Positions 7,188-15,385 of a stretch of DNA of 32,000 bases are shown one piece after another (the first letter of the stretch is position 1; each line of letters opens with the position of its first letter). The stretch comes from Pseudodesulfovibrio piezophilus C1TLV30 (GTDB lineage Bacteria; Desulfobacterota; Desulfovibrionia; Desulfovibrionales; Desulfovibrionaceae). The notes below the pieces were generated by a model. The model worked only from the letters and a program-made list of their open reading frames with translations, searched no databases and was not told the origin of the DNA. The translations under genes and the position numbers were made by a program. The stretch covers positions 150,001-182,000 of the forward strand of contig NC_020409.1 in the NCBI RefSeq assembly GCF_000341895.1, written 5' to 3'.

Positions 7188-7865
7188 TTAGATCGTAGGC
7201 TTTTTGGCGCAGAGGCCACATGTCTGGCAGTCGTGGACCGGGCCTTCTATGGCTTCCAGTCCTCGTGTCTTGCGTTGCCAGTTCGTGAAGGCATTCATAC
7301 CTGCCAAAAGCAGCCCGAGGCAGACAAATGCTCCCGGAGCTTCAACCATGAAACTGAATGGTTTGTACCAACTGCCAACAACATTCATGCCGAACCAGCT
7401 TCCATAGCCGAAGAGTTCGCGAATGGACCCAAGCAGGGTGAGTGAAAAGGTGAATCCGACTCCCATGCCAAGACCGTCGGCAATGGAGAGAAAGACCGGA
7501 TTCTTGGATGCAAACGCTTCAGCTCGGCCAAGGATAATGCAGTTGACAACAATGAGAGGAACGAAAATTCCCAACTGCAAATACAGTGGATACGTATAGG
7601 CTTGCATGAGAAGTTCAACACAGACGACCAGAGAGGCGGCGACGACAATATAACAGGCAATACGAACCTTTGCCGGGATGACATTGCGTAAAATGGAAAC
7701 CAGCATGTTCGAGAGGGCGAGTACGAAAATAACGGCAAGCCCCATGCCGAATCCATTATATGCTGTTTTGGTCACCGCCAATGTTGGGCATAAGCCCAGG
7801 ACCACCTTGAAAGGTGGAAGGTCTTTCCAAAGCCCCTTAGAAAACTCTGTCCATAATCTACTCAT
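7188..7865 (-). CDS. rnfE: Rnf complex subunit E
   Basis: 225 aa. Motifs are VLGLCPTLAVT and IVVNCIILGRAEAFA. It has an extra C-terminal tail, HDCQTCGLCAKKPTI. Confidence 0.9.
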   Translation of the reverse strand: MSRLWTEFSKGLWKDLPPFKVVLGLCPTLAVTKTAYNGFGMGLAVIFVLALSNMLVSILRNVIPAKVRIACYIVVAASLVVCVELLMQAYTYPLYLQLGIFVPLIVVNCIILGRAEAFASKNPVFLSIADGLGMGVGFTFSLTLLGSIRELFGYGSWFGMNVVGSWYKPFSFMVEAPGAFVCLGLLLAGMNAFTNWQRKTRGLEAIEGPVHDCQTCGLCAKKPTI

Positions 7866-7876
7866 AGTCTATCACC

Positions 7877-8455
7877 TCAAGAGCCCCAGCTTTCGGGGAA
7901 CTTGTCCTTGATTTGCATGAAAATCTTGACTGCATCATTCACGGCATTGACCGTTGCAGTCGATGTTGTTGTCGCACCAGCGATGGCCTGAATCGGTCCA
8001 CCGTTCTTGGTCAGGTCTATACCATCACTGGGTTGATTCCTGAATTGTTCCCGGTATTCGGGTTCAGAAGCTCTGGCTCCCAGCCCTGGCGTTTCTTTCG
8101 ATGTTGTTATCCCTATCCCGGCTATCTGCGTACCTGTGGTGTTGATACCTACCATGACACCGACCGGGCCTCCGTATCCTGTCCCATATCTTTCGAATGC
8201 CACACCTGTGAGTTTCCCTTCCTTCATGGCGGGAAAGACCGTTACCGACTCATTTGCCAATTCAAATGTCTTGCGGTCTTTAACCGGATTGTTGTCAAAG
8301 TCGGTGAAGACTTGCTTCAAAGCCGGACCTTGGACATAGGTCAATACCTGTTCTTCAATTTTGGCACTGGTCGCATCTCTCACTGTGGCCAGAGTCAACC
8401 CGGACAGACCACAGATCAGCGACAGGACAAATATCATTTTGAGCATTTCGCGCAT
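7877..8455 (-). CDS. rnfG: Rnf complex subunit G (FMN-binding)
   Basis: 192 aa with an N-terminal TM anchor and the flavinylation-type motif AGATTTST near the C-terminus. An alternative start at 8437 would give an ATGA overlap with the rnfD stop. Confidence 0.85.
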   Translation of the reverse strand: MREMLKMIFVLSLICGLSGLTLATVRDATSAKIEEQVLTYVQGPALKQVFTDFDNNPVKDRKTFELANESVTVFPAMKEGKLTGVAFERYGTGYGGPVGVMVGINTTGTQIAGIGITTSKETPGLGARASEPEYREQFRNQPSDGIDLTKNGGPIQAIAGATTTSTATVNAVNDAVKIFMQIKDKFPESWGS

Positions 8456-9441
8456 TGCGTCGGCTCCTCCAGGTCTTGAGGTATACGGTAAGCGCCGCCG
8501 AACGGTTTGGGGCGGATTCGGTCGAGCAGAGGGGTAAAGAGGTTGGATAAAAGAATGGCAAACGGAACACCATCAGGGTAAATTCCATAGACTCTTATGA
8601 TAATGACCATAGCACCTGCCATGAATCCATAAAGAAGTGATGGGATACGTCCCATGGGAGATGTGGCGGGGTCAGGGGCCAGGAAAAAAGCTCCAAATAT
8701 GGCTCCTCCGGAAAGTAGATGGAAAAGAGGAGAGGCATAGGATGTTTGATCCATTATTTGGTAGCACCATGCCGTGCCCGCAATCCCGACAATGAATGCA
8801 ACCGGGATCTCCCAACTGATGTGGCGGCGGATAAGAAGAAAAGCGCCACCGGCCAATAAGGCTGCTATTTGAATTTCTCCCAGGCCTCCGAGTTGGTTGC
8901 CAAGAAACAAAGAATTCGTATCCAGAGATTGAATGGCATCAAGTCCGAAAAATTTAAGTTGTTGCAATGGAGCGGGGAGATTGGACGTGAGCATGGTTGA
9001 GTTGGTGTCCATGTATACCCCCCATGATATGCGGCACGCTGCCCAGCCGACTAGAGGTGTACAGAGTGGATTTCCTCCGAGACCGCCGAAAATCATTTTT
9101 CCAAGGATAATGCTTGTGGCTGCACCAACTGTCACAAGCCACCAGGGAGCGGAGGCCGGAAGCAAGAAAGAGAATAAAAGCCCTGTATGAAGAGCGCTGA
9201 GATCATCGAGAGATTGTTCTCGTTTTGTCAGTTTGTTGCAAAACGCTTCGCTGAGGATAGCAACCAGGCATGAAAGTGCCATGACACGCATGGCTCCAAT
9301 GCCGAATGCCACAATAGCCATGATAACTGCTGGCAATAATGCGATAAGAGTTTCAGTCATGGAGCCTTTAATTGTTCTCCCACAATGGGCGTGGGGAGGG
9401 ACTATGACTGTGAGTATGGGCTGGATTGGTTTGGTTATCAT
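8434..9441 (-). CDS. rnfD: Rnf complex subunit D
   Basis: Polytopic membrane protein. I place the start at ATG 9441 (MITKPIQPIL...), which overlaps the rnfC stop as ATGA. The 54 extra upstream codons of the listed ORF lie inside rnfC. Confidence 0.85.
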   Translation of the reverse strand: MITKPIQPILTVIVPPHAHCGRTIKGSMTETLIALLPAVIMAIVAFGIGAMRVMALSCLVAILSEAFCNKLTKREQSLDDLSALHTGLLFSFLLPASAPWWLVTVGAATSIILGKMIFGGLGGNPLCTPLVGWAACRISWGVYMDTNSTMLTSNLPAPLQQLKFFGLDAIQSLDTNSLFLGNQLGGLGEIQIAALLAGGAFLLIRRHISWEIPVAFIVGIAGTAWCYQIMDQTSYASPLFHLLSGGAIFGAFFLAPDPATSPMGRIPSLLYGFMAGAMVIIIRVYGIYPDGVPFAILLSNLFTPLLDRIRPKPFGGAYRIPQDLEEPTQCAKCSK

Positions 9442-10649
9442 GCTTTGACCTCGTCCTGTTGGTCGCTTTTGCTGGTGAATTCCTCTTCGCGGGCATCTGA
9501 TGAGGTTCTCAGTAATGCTATTTCGTATTTGGCGAGTCGAATATATTGAAGTAGAGGACGCTGCGCTTTGCACCAATAACTGCAAAGTCCACACTCGATA
9601 CAAGAGTGGATATGGAAATCTTCAGCCCTTTCAAATTGTTTGAATTCGGAACATCGACTGATCATTCCAGGCAGAATGCGGGCTGGACAATGTCGCTCAC
9701 ATTCTCCACACCCCAGGCAGAAATTATCTGTGGGAATAAGTCCTTCTTTGCTGCGAAGAATGGTGAGCCCCGTTGTGGATTTATCTACTCCCTGCTGGAG
9801 GTTGAGGGCTGTCATGCCTCTCATGAGTCCCCCAAGAACGACCCTGTCTCCAGGCATGACTGTAGCTCCGGCTTCCTTGACCAAATGTCCTATTGGGGTT
9901 CCAATTTTGATCAAGTGGTTTTGGCCCCCAAGAGTCATCACTGTTTCGGTAAGAGGGCGGCTTGTTTCCATGACTCTGCCGATAAAATAGAGATCACTGA
10001 CGGAAAAGATGGCAGCGTCGTTCGGCTTCTTGCCGATAAGGGTTTCTTCGCCTGTGACAGTTTTGAGAACCAACTGATCAAGGCCATTTGGATATACCGG
10101 TGAGACGTGAAGGACTGTGCAGTTTGGAAAGGCGTTGGCTTTATTTCCCTTTGCCGCGACGAGGAATACCTTGGATGGTTCGGCTATTCGCTGAATTGTT
10201 TCCAAGCCAAGCTCGACAGTTTTACGATAATCCTTGAGGAGCGGATCATACGTGGAAATACCAGGTTCAGGTGGGACAGCATTGACAACGAGAGTCGTCA
10301 CCTTCTCCAGGTGTCGGACACTGACTCCCTGGCTTCTCAACCATTCTTTCAGTTCCTCTCCCCCCTCCTCAGGAGCGGGGCTTTCGGGGGCGTGCCCAGC
10401 TCTGCCGACATCCATAACAATTGCTTCAGGGGTAATTTCCCGGATTGTTCCAGCAAGAGGTGCATGCAGATCTCCCAATCCGGAAAGTCGTGCTTTGGCT
10501 ATTTTTGTTCCCGACAGGACCTGATCACCCTCAGCGAGAATGGGGGTGTGGGCCTGGGCTGGAATGCTCAATCGGTCCGGGCTTGAACCTTTGACAAGTG
10601 GACCTGTCTCCCCGGTGAGTAAACTGAAACTGTATGTCGACATCGTCAT
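9438..10649 (-). CDS. rnfC: Rnf complex subunit C (NADH/FMN motifs degenerate)
   Basis: The N-terminal barrel-sandwich-like region, the SLBB-like region and two ferredoxin motifs (CLGCGECERHCP, CIECGLCSYWCK) are present. ATG 10649 is preceded by GAGGG; GTG 10673 would overlap dhcA. Confidence 0.8.
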   Translation of the reverse strand: MTMSTYSFSLLTGETGPLVKGSSPDRLSIPAQAHTPILAEGDQVLSGTKIAKARLSGLGDLHAPLAGTIREITPEAIVMDVGRAGHAPESPAPEEGGEELKEWLRSQGVSVRHLEKVTTLVVNAVPPEPGISTYDPLLKDYRKTVELGLETIQRIAEPSKVFLVAAKGNKANAFPNCTVLHVSPVYPNGLDQLVLKTVTGEETLIGKKPNDAAIFSVSDLYFIGRVMETSRPLTETVMTLGGQNHLIKIGTPIGHLVKEAGATVMPGDRVVLGGLMRGMTALNLQQGVDKSTTGLTILRSKEGLIPTDNFCLGCGECERHCPARILPGMISRCSEFKQFERAEDFHIHSCIECGLCSYWCKAQRPLLQYIRLAKYEIALLRTSSDAREEEFTSKSDQQDEVKA

Positions 10650-10657
10650 ATCGCCCT

Positions 10658-11485
10658 CTACTTCATGTGGCACTTGTAGCAGGAGTCGTCTCCATAGGGG
10701 CCAGAACTTTGGTGTTCATGGCACCCTCTGCATTGTGCATGGTATGCATTGGTTGTCGTGGGAATAAGCATATCTATCGATTCTTCATGACAACTTGAAC
10801 AACGCTGTGGTGCAGGTGTCAGGCCTTCCGTTTTTCTTGCGTGGCATTTTTTACATCCTTTCGGACCAGCCTCAAAGAAGTCATCATGGCAGTCCGCGCA
10901 ACGGCTGTGACTGGCTTCTTTGAGACTTATCATCCCTTCGGTTGCGTTTTCCTTGTGACAGTTGGAGCAAGATTGAGGTTCAGGCTCGATCGATTTGTCG
11001 TGATGGCAGGCCTGGCAATCTTCTGGCACATAGTCTTCTGTGTGTGCATCGTGTGAGAAATTCTCGATGGTCGCAGTTCGATGGTGACAATGCACGCATT
11101 GTGTTTGGTCGAATTCAGAGGGGTGATTTGCTAAAAAGCCTGCATCAAACCTCTTCACATGACACCGGGAACACTGGAGAGGTCTTTGTTCATTCGTAGA
11201 GGTGTGGTGGCAGGTTACGCACTCTTGATTTTGCAGCTCCACATGTGAAGCATGGGCAAAAATGACTTTTCCTGCTTTGTTATTCAGGAGTGTACGAGTC
11301 GGAGCCTGTCTCTGTTCATCAGGTGTCAGGTACCCAGTCAGGGCTGCGATGAAAAATAACCCTGTCAATATGGCGATTGGATAGTAGCGTCTTGGCAAAA
11401 TATCGACCTCGATTTTAGACGTATTTTGACTTTGTAGCTGAAAAAACAATGTTTCGTCTATCATAATGTCAAATAGATCTGTCAC
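10658..11485 (-). CDS. dhcA: membrane-anchored decahaem cytochrome c
   Basis: There are ten CxxCH motifs (CVTCH, CSRCH, CVHCH, CQACH, CSNCH, CADCH, CKKCH, CSSCH, CRGCH, CYKCH). It has an N-terminal hydrophobic anchor, YYPIAILTGLFFIAALTGYL, and lies immediately upstream of rnfC. The start is uncertain (GTG 11485 or ATG 11464). Confidence 0.85.
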   Translation of the reverse strand: MTDLFDIMIDETLFFQLQSQNTSKIEVDILPRRYYPIAILTGLFFIAALTGYLTPDEQRQAPTRTLLNNKAGKVIFAHASHVELQNQECVTCHHTSTNEQRPLQCSRCHVKRFDAGFLANHPSEFDQTQCVHCHHRTATIENFSHDAHTEDYVPEDCQACHHDKSIEPEPQSCSNCHKENATEGMISLKEASHSRCADCHDDFFEAGPKGCKKCHARKTEGLTPAPQRCSSCHEESIDMLIPTTTNAYHAQCRGCHEHQSSGPYGDDSCYKCHMK

Positions 11486-11628
11486 TCAACATGATAAATT
11501 TAAGAATGTTGAATTGTCATGGCATTGACACCGTTCGGTCATGTTCTCTGAGTATGTGTTCATGTATCAGGATGGCTTATTGATCAGGTCTTGCCTGGTT
11601 TGGACAACGTGACATTCGGAGGATTAAG

Positions 11629-13137
11629 ATGAACGTGCATGGGAAAAGAATTATGGAATTAGGGGTGTTCTTGGTTCTTTGTGGACTGAGCTTATTGGGG
11701 GGATGCTCTCAGGAACCTGTCTCTGTTCGGGCAGAGGACACAGTGGAGAAAACAGCAAAATACGTTTTTCTGTTTATCGGTGATGGGATGGGGCTTCCTC
11801 AGCGAGCAGCCACAGCTGCATATACCGGGAAAAAATTGGTCATTGATACTTTCCCGGCTCAGGGTGTGACAACGACATTTGCAAATGACCGATTCATAAC
11901 CGGTTCAGCTGCATCCGCAACCGCCTTAGCGTCGGGTATCAAGACAAACATCAATTATATTGGTGTGGATGAGAACTTTAAGCCTGTGAGAACTGTGGCA
12001 GAAATAGCGAAGGAACAGGGGAAGAAAGTTGGCATTGTTTCAAGTGTCTCCATAGATCATGCTACTCCGGCCGCGTTTTATGCGCATGTCAAAACCCGAA
12101 AGATGTATCATGAAATTGATTATGCCTTGGCAGAGTCCGGTTTCGATTATTTCGCAGGTGGAGGGCTTAAGGACCCGACCGGCAAGAAATCCGAGTCCCC
12201 GTTGGGAGATGCTTTGTCCAGAGCAAAACATAACGGATATACAATCGTTCGCAACAAAGCTGATTTCAAATCGCTGACTCCAGCCGATGGGAAAGTGCTC
12301 GCCTGGAATGAATGGCTGCAGGATGGGCAGGCGCTTCCCTATGTTATGGATATGACCGATGCCGATATCACTTTACCTGAGTTTACTGCCAAGGGCATCG
12401 AATTGCTTGATAATGAAACAGGCTTTTTCATGATGGTCGAAGGTGGAAAGATTGATTGGGCATGTCACGCGAACGATGCCACTGCTTCTATTCTCAATAC
12501 CATCGCATTTGATAATGCCGTCAGCCAAGCTGTTGATTTTTATGATAGACACCCGGACGAAACCCTTATCGTTGTGACAGGTGACCATGAATGTGGCGGA
12601 TTGACTCTTGGATTCGCCGGGACCAAATATGGTTCATATTTCCAGATATTGGGAAATCAGAAAGTATCCTTTCAGAAATTTACTGATGAGATCCTCGTGG
12701 CATTCAAGGAGAAGGGTGGTTCTTTTGATGATATGAAATCGCTGGTAACCAAGGAATTCGGCCTCAAGTTCGCAGGGGATCCCAAGGTCGACCCAACTGT
12801 CCTGGAAGGTTTTCAGATCGACGAACTCAAAATGGCGTTCAATCGTAGTATGTCTGATTCTCCAAAAGCAAAGGGGGCCGAGTACCTTCTTTATGGAGAA
12901 TATGATCCCTTGGCAGTAACCTTGACCCACGTACTCAACCAAAAAGCGGGCCTTGGCTGGACTTCTTACAAGCACACCGGAGTGCCTGTATCCACTTCGG
13001 CGTTAGGTGTTGGTTCGGAGTTGTTCAATGGAAGTTATGACAATACCGATATTGCCAAGAAAATCATGATTGTCATGGGTGTGCCTGCCAAGCCCCAGTA
13101 TGTCGATGCCGAGCGTCTTGAATTGGCAGTGAAATAA
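11629..13137 (+). CDS. alkaline phosphatase (PhoA family) lipoprotein
   Basis: Lipobox is LLGGC. Motifs are FIGDGMG, TGSAASATA (nucleophile Ser), IDHATPAAF, EGGKIDWACHAND, TGDHECGG and KHTG. RBS GGAGG lies 8 nt upstream. Confidence 0.9.
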   Translation: MNVHGKRIMELGVFLVLCGLSLLGGCSQEPVSVRAEDTVEKTAKYVFLFIGDGMGLPQRAATAAYTGKKLVIDTFPAQGVTTTFANDRFITGSAASATALASGIKTNINYIGVDENFKPVRTVAEIAKEQGKKVGIVSSVSIDHATPAAFYAHVKTRKMYHEIDYALAESGFDYFAGGGLKDPTGKKSESPLGDALSRAKHNGYTIVRNKADFKSLTPADGKVLAWNEWLQDGQALPYVMDMTDADITLPEFTAKGIELLDNETGFFMMVEGGKIDWACHANDATASILNTIAFDNAVSQAVDFYDRHPDETLIVVTGDHECGGLTLGFAGTKYGSYFQILGNQKVSFQKFTDEILVAFKEKGGSFDDMKSLVTKEFGLKFAGDPKVDPTVLEGFQIDELKMAFNRSMSDSPKAKGAEYLLYGEYDPLAVTLTHVLNQKAGLGWTSYKHTGVPVSTSALGVGSELFNGSYDNTDIAKKIMIVMGVPAKPQYVDAERLELAVK

Positions 13138-13162
13138 TCCAGAACGTTTCAATGAAATATCG

Positions 13163-13196
13163 GGCGGGTCGGCACTTCGCTGACTCGCCCCTTTTA
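13163..13196 (+). terminator. terminator-like hairpin after the phosphatase gene
   Basis: GGCGGGTC (13163-13170) pairs with GACTCGCC (13182-13189), with one G-U pair, followed by CCTTTTAA. Confidence 0.4.
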
Positions 13197-13208
13197 ACTG
13201 AAGGGCAT

Positions 13209-14351
13209 ATGCAGATATCGAATAGGAAACGGCGAGATATCTATTTGGTCGTCGTTTTTTCACTCTTGGCCGTGGCGATGTATTTTCTGCCAACTGGATT
13301 TGAAAAGAATACAGATGAAACTGCTGTCCGATGTACTGGGCGAGTGACGTCCGTTGACAATACGAATATACAGGAATTCGGGCTGATACGAAAAGGAGAG
13401 CAAGGCCTGTCGTTGACGATTCTGGACGGCCCTTTTGAGGGGGAAATTTTTGATGCGCATAATCAGCTTCTTGGACAACTGGATCGTGACAAACTTTTCC
13501 AAGCTGGTGATACCGCATATGTTATTATGACAATTGGTGCCCATGGAGAAGTTCTTTTCATTAATCCACAGGCACATTATCGACTGGGGTTGGAACTCTT
13601 ACTCCTTGGACTCTTTGCCGGACTTTTATTGCTTTTTGGAGGGTTGACGGGGCTTAAGGCTCTGCTCTCTTTTGTTTTTACGGGGATGATGCTTTGGAAA
13701 GTCCTCGTACCGCTTTTGCTTGGCGGTGCCGATCCTGTCTGGCTTGCGCTTGGCGTTGTGGCGTTATTGAGCGCTGTTATTATTTTTCTAGTCGCTGGTA
13801 TCAATCGGACCGGGATGACAGCTTTTGGAGGAGCCTTTCTGGGTGTACTTTCCAGTTGCCTGTTGGCTGTTGTTTTTACAGGGGCGTTTCATGTTCATGG
13901 TGCAGTGATGCCTTTTGCGGAAACTCTCTTGTATGCCGGGTACGGGCATCTTAATTTGTCACGAGTCTTCATGGCTGGTGTTTTTCTTGCTTCTTCAGGG
14001 GCGGTGATGGATTTGGCTATGGATGTGGCCTCAAGTATGGGAGAGGTCGTCGCCCAAAATCCGAATATATCCAGAGTGGAAGCTGTCTGGTCAGGTATAC
14101 GCGTGGGGCGTGCTGTTGTGGGGACTATGACTACGACTTTGCTTTTGGCCTATTCTGGTGGCTATGTCACCTTGTTGATGGCCTTTATGGCTCAAGGAAT
14201 TCCCTTGGGAAGCACCTTCAATTTCATCTACGTAGCAGCCGAGGTCCTCAAGACTCTTGTCGGGAGTTTCGGGTTGGTGACAGTTGCTCCGTTCACGGCG
14301 CTCATTGGCGGTCTGTTACTTGTTCCTCCAAATGCAAATTCTGTTGATTGA
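13209..14351 (+). CDS. YibE/F-like polytopic membrane protein
   Basis: One N-terminal TM, a soluble beta-rich segment, then about 7 TM helices. This is the architecture I associate with YibE/F. I prefer ATG 13209 (GAAGGG RBS, downstream of the hairpin) over ATG 13152. Confidence 0.6.
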   Translation: MQISNRKRRDIYLVVVFSLLAVAMYFLPTGFEKNTDETAVRCTGRVTSVDNTNIQEFGLIRKGEQGLSLTILDGPFEGEIFDAHNQLLGQLDRDKLFQAGDTAYVIMTIGAHGEVLFINPQAHYRLGLELLLLGLFAGLLLLFGGLTGLKALLSFVFTGMMLWKVLVPLLLGGADPVWLALGVVALLSAVIIFLVAGINRTGMTAFGGAFLGVLSSCLLAVVFTGAFHVHGAVMPFAETLLYAGYGHLNLSRVFMAGVFLASSGAVMDLAMDVASSMGEVVAQNPNISRVEAVWSGIRVGRAVVGTMTTTLLLAYSGGYVTLLMAFMAQGIPLGSTFNFIYVAAEVLKTLVGSFGLVTVAPFTALIGGLLLVPPNANSVD

Positions 14352-14361
14352 GCAGAGAGCG

Positions 14362-14658
14362 CTATTTTTTGAGGAGTACTTTCCAAAGAAGGGTAACTAT
14401 GAAAAAAAAGATCCCGGCCCACCAGAAAATAACAGCCAGTTCCGTTGTTGAGAGCAGATATATTGCCTTGACTGCCATCTCCAGAGGGAGTGAGTGAATA
14501 ATGGAGAGGAAATCCATCCCGAGAAAGGTCGAGCTTATATCAAGGAGTGGCAAAGATCGCCAATTTCCAGTGAATATCCATGACAGCGATTGAAAGGTGA
14601 GGGTCAGGGCACATCCTATCCAAGAGAGCATGCCCAAGGCTCTTAAGACTGTTGCCAT
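14362..14658 (-). CDS. small hypothetical membrane protein (3 predicted TM segments)
   Basis: 98-aa ORF that is hydrophobic throughout and fills an otherwise empty gap. No family recognised. Confidence 0.4.
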   Translation of the reverse strand: MATVLRALGMLSWIGCALTLTFQSLSWIFTGNWRSLPLLDISSTFLGMDFLSIIHSLPLEMAVKAIYLLSTTELAVIFWWAGIFFFIVTLLWKVLLKK

Positions 14659-14749
14659 TGATTTCCTTCCGGGAAAGAGTGCATAAGAAAGGTGTATATA
14701 ATTGCTGTGTGAATGGCTATCATCTAATATTCAGAGAGGAGGATAGAGG

Positions 14750-15385
14750 GTGGTCAAACTCGGAGTTGGTGCAAAGGTTCTCATTGAGTTCTCGACGTTT
14801 GGGGATCGGTTCCTGAGCGTTGTCGCCGATGTGAAAAATGACGGTCGTCTGCTCGTTTACTCTCCGGTTTCTCTTCCTATCATCGAACGGCTCCGCACGG
14901 ACCAGAATGTCCTCGTGCGTTTCGCGCATAAAGGCTCTTTGAAAGGGTTTCGTTCTCGGGTTTTGAATCAAATCGAATCGGTACATAGTCTTTTTGAGTT
15001 GGAGAAGCCCATACATACTTTTGATGCAGAGGAACGGAGTGAGCCTCGGTGTGCGTGTCATTTCCCCGGTTCACTGGTTGTTGAAGGGGAGAGGGCTGCA
15101 TTGATTGTCGTTGAGGATATGTCTGCCCATTCCACACGGATTCGCTTTTTAAATGGTGGGCTGACACCCTTCCTTCAAGATTTTTCTGGCCTGATCGTGA
15201 CTTTGAAATTTTATCCATTCAATGTTGACCAAGGTTATGCCATCGATTGTCGTATCAAGAATCTTTTTATCAAGGACGGCATCGAATATGCCGTCCTTGA
15301 CTATGAGCAGGATGAGTTTGAAATGCGCTCTAGAATAGCCCAGTTTATCGACTCGCGTCTGTGCTGTGCTCTTGCTCGAATTTAA
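14750..15385 (+). CDS. YcgR-like PilZ-domain protein (putative c-di-GMP receptor)
   Basis: GTG start lies 8 nt after GAGGAGG. RxxxR (ERSEPR) is followed about 22 aa later by DMSAHS, a D-x-S-x-x-G-type motif with G replaced by S. The N-terminal half is beta-rich, like PilZN. Confidence 0.6.
   Translation: MVKLGVGAKVLIEFSTFGDRFLSVVADVKNDGRLLVYSPVSLPIIERLRTDQNVLVRFAHKGSLKGFRSRVLNQIESVHSLFELEKPIHTFDAEERSEPRCACHFPGSLVVEGERAALIVVEDMSAHSTRIRFLNGGLTPFLQDFSGLIVTLKFYPFNVDQGYAIDCRIKNLFIKDGIEYAVLDYEQDEFEMRSRIAQFIDSRLCCALARI

Noticed and set aside
9442-9603. 54-codon N-terminal extension of the rnfD ORF
   Set aside because: It lies wholly inside rnfC in another frame. ATG 9441 forms an ATGA junction with the rnfC stop and starts the protein just before the hydrophobic core.
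9978-9985. GCCGATAA (sigma-28 -10 consensus) on the plus strand
   Set aside because: It lies antisense inside rnfC, there is no TAAA -35 element at the proper spacing, and no gene lies downstream.
11890-11925. Alkaline phosphatase has Gly (TGSAASAT) where E. coli PhoA has Asp before the nucleophilic Ser
   Set aside because: The nucleophile and all the metal-ligand motifs I can recognise are present. A single substitution is not evidence of altered function.
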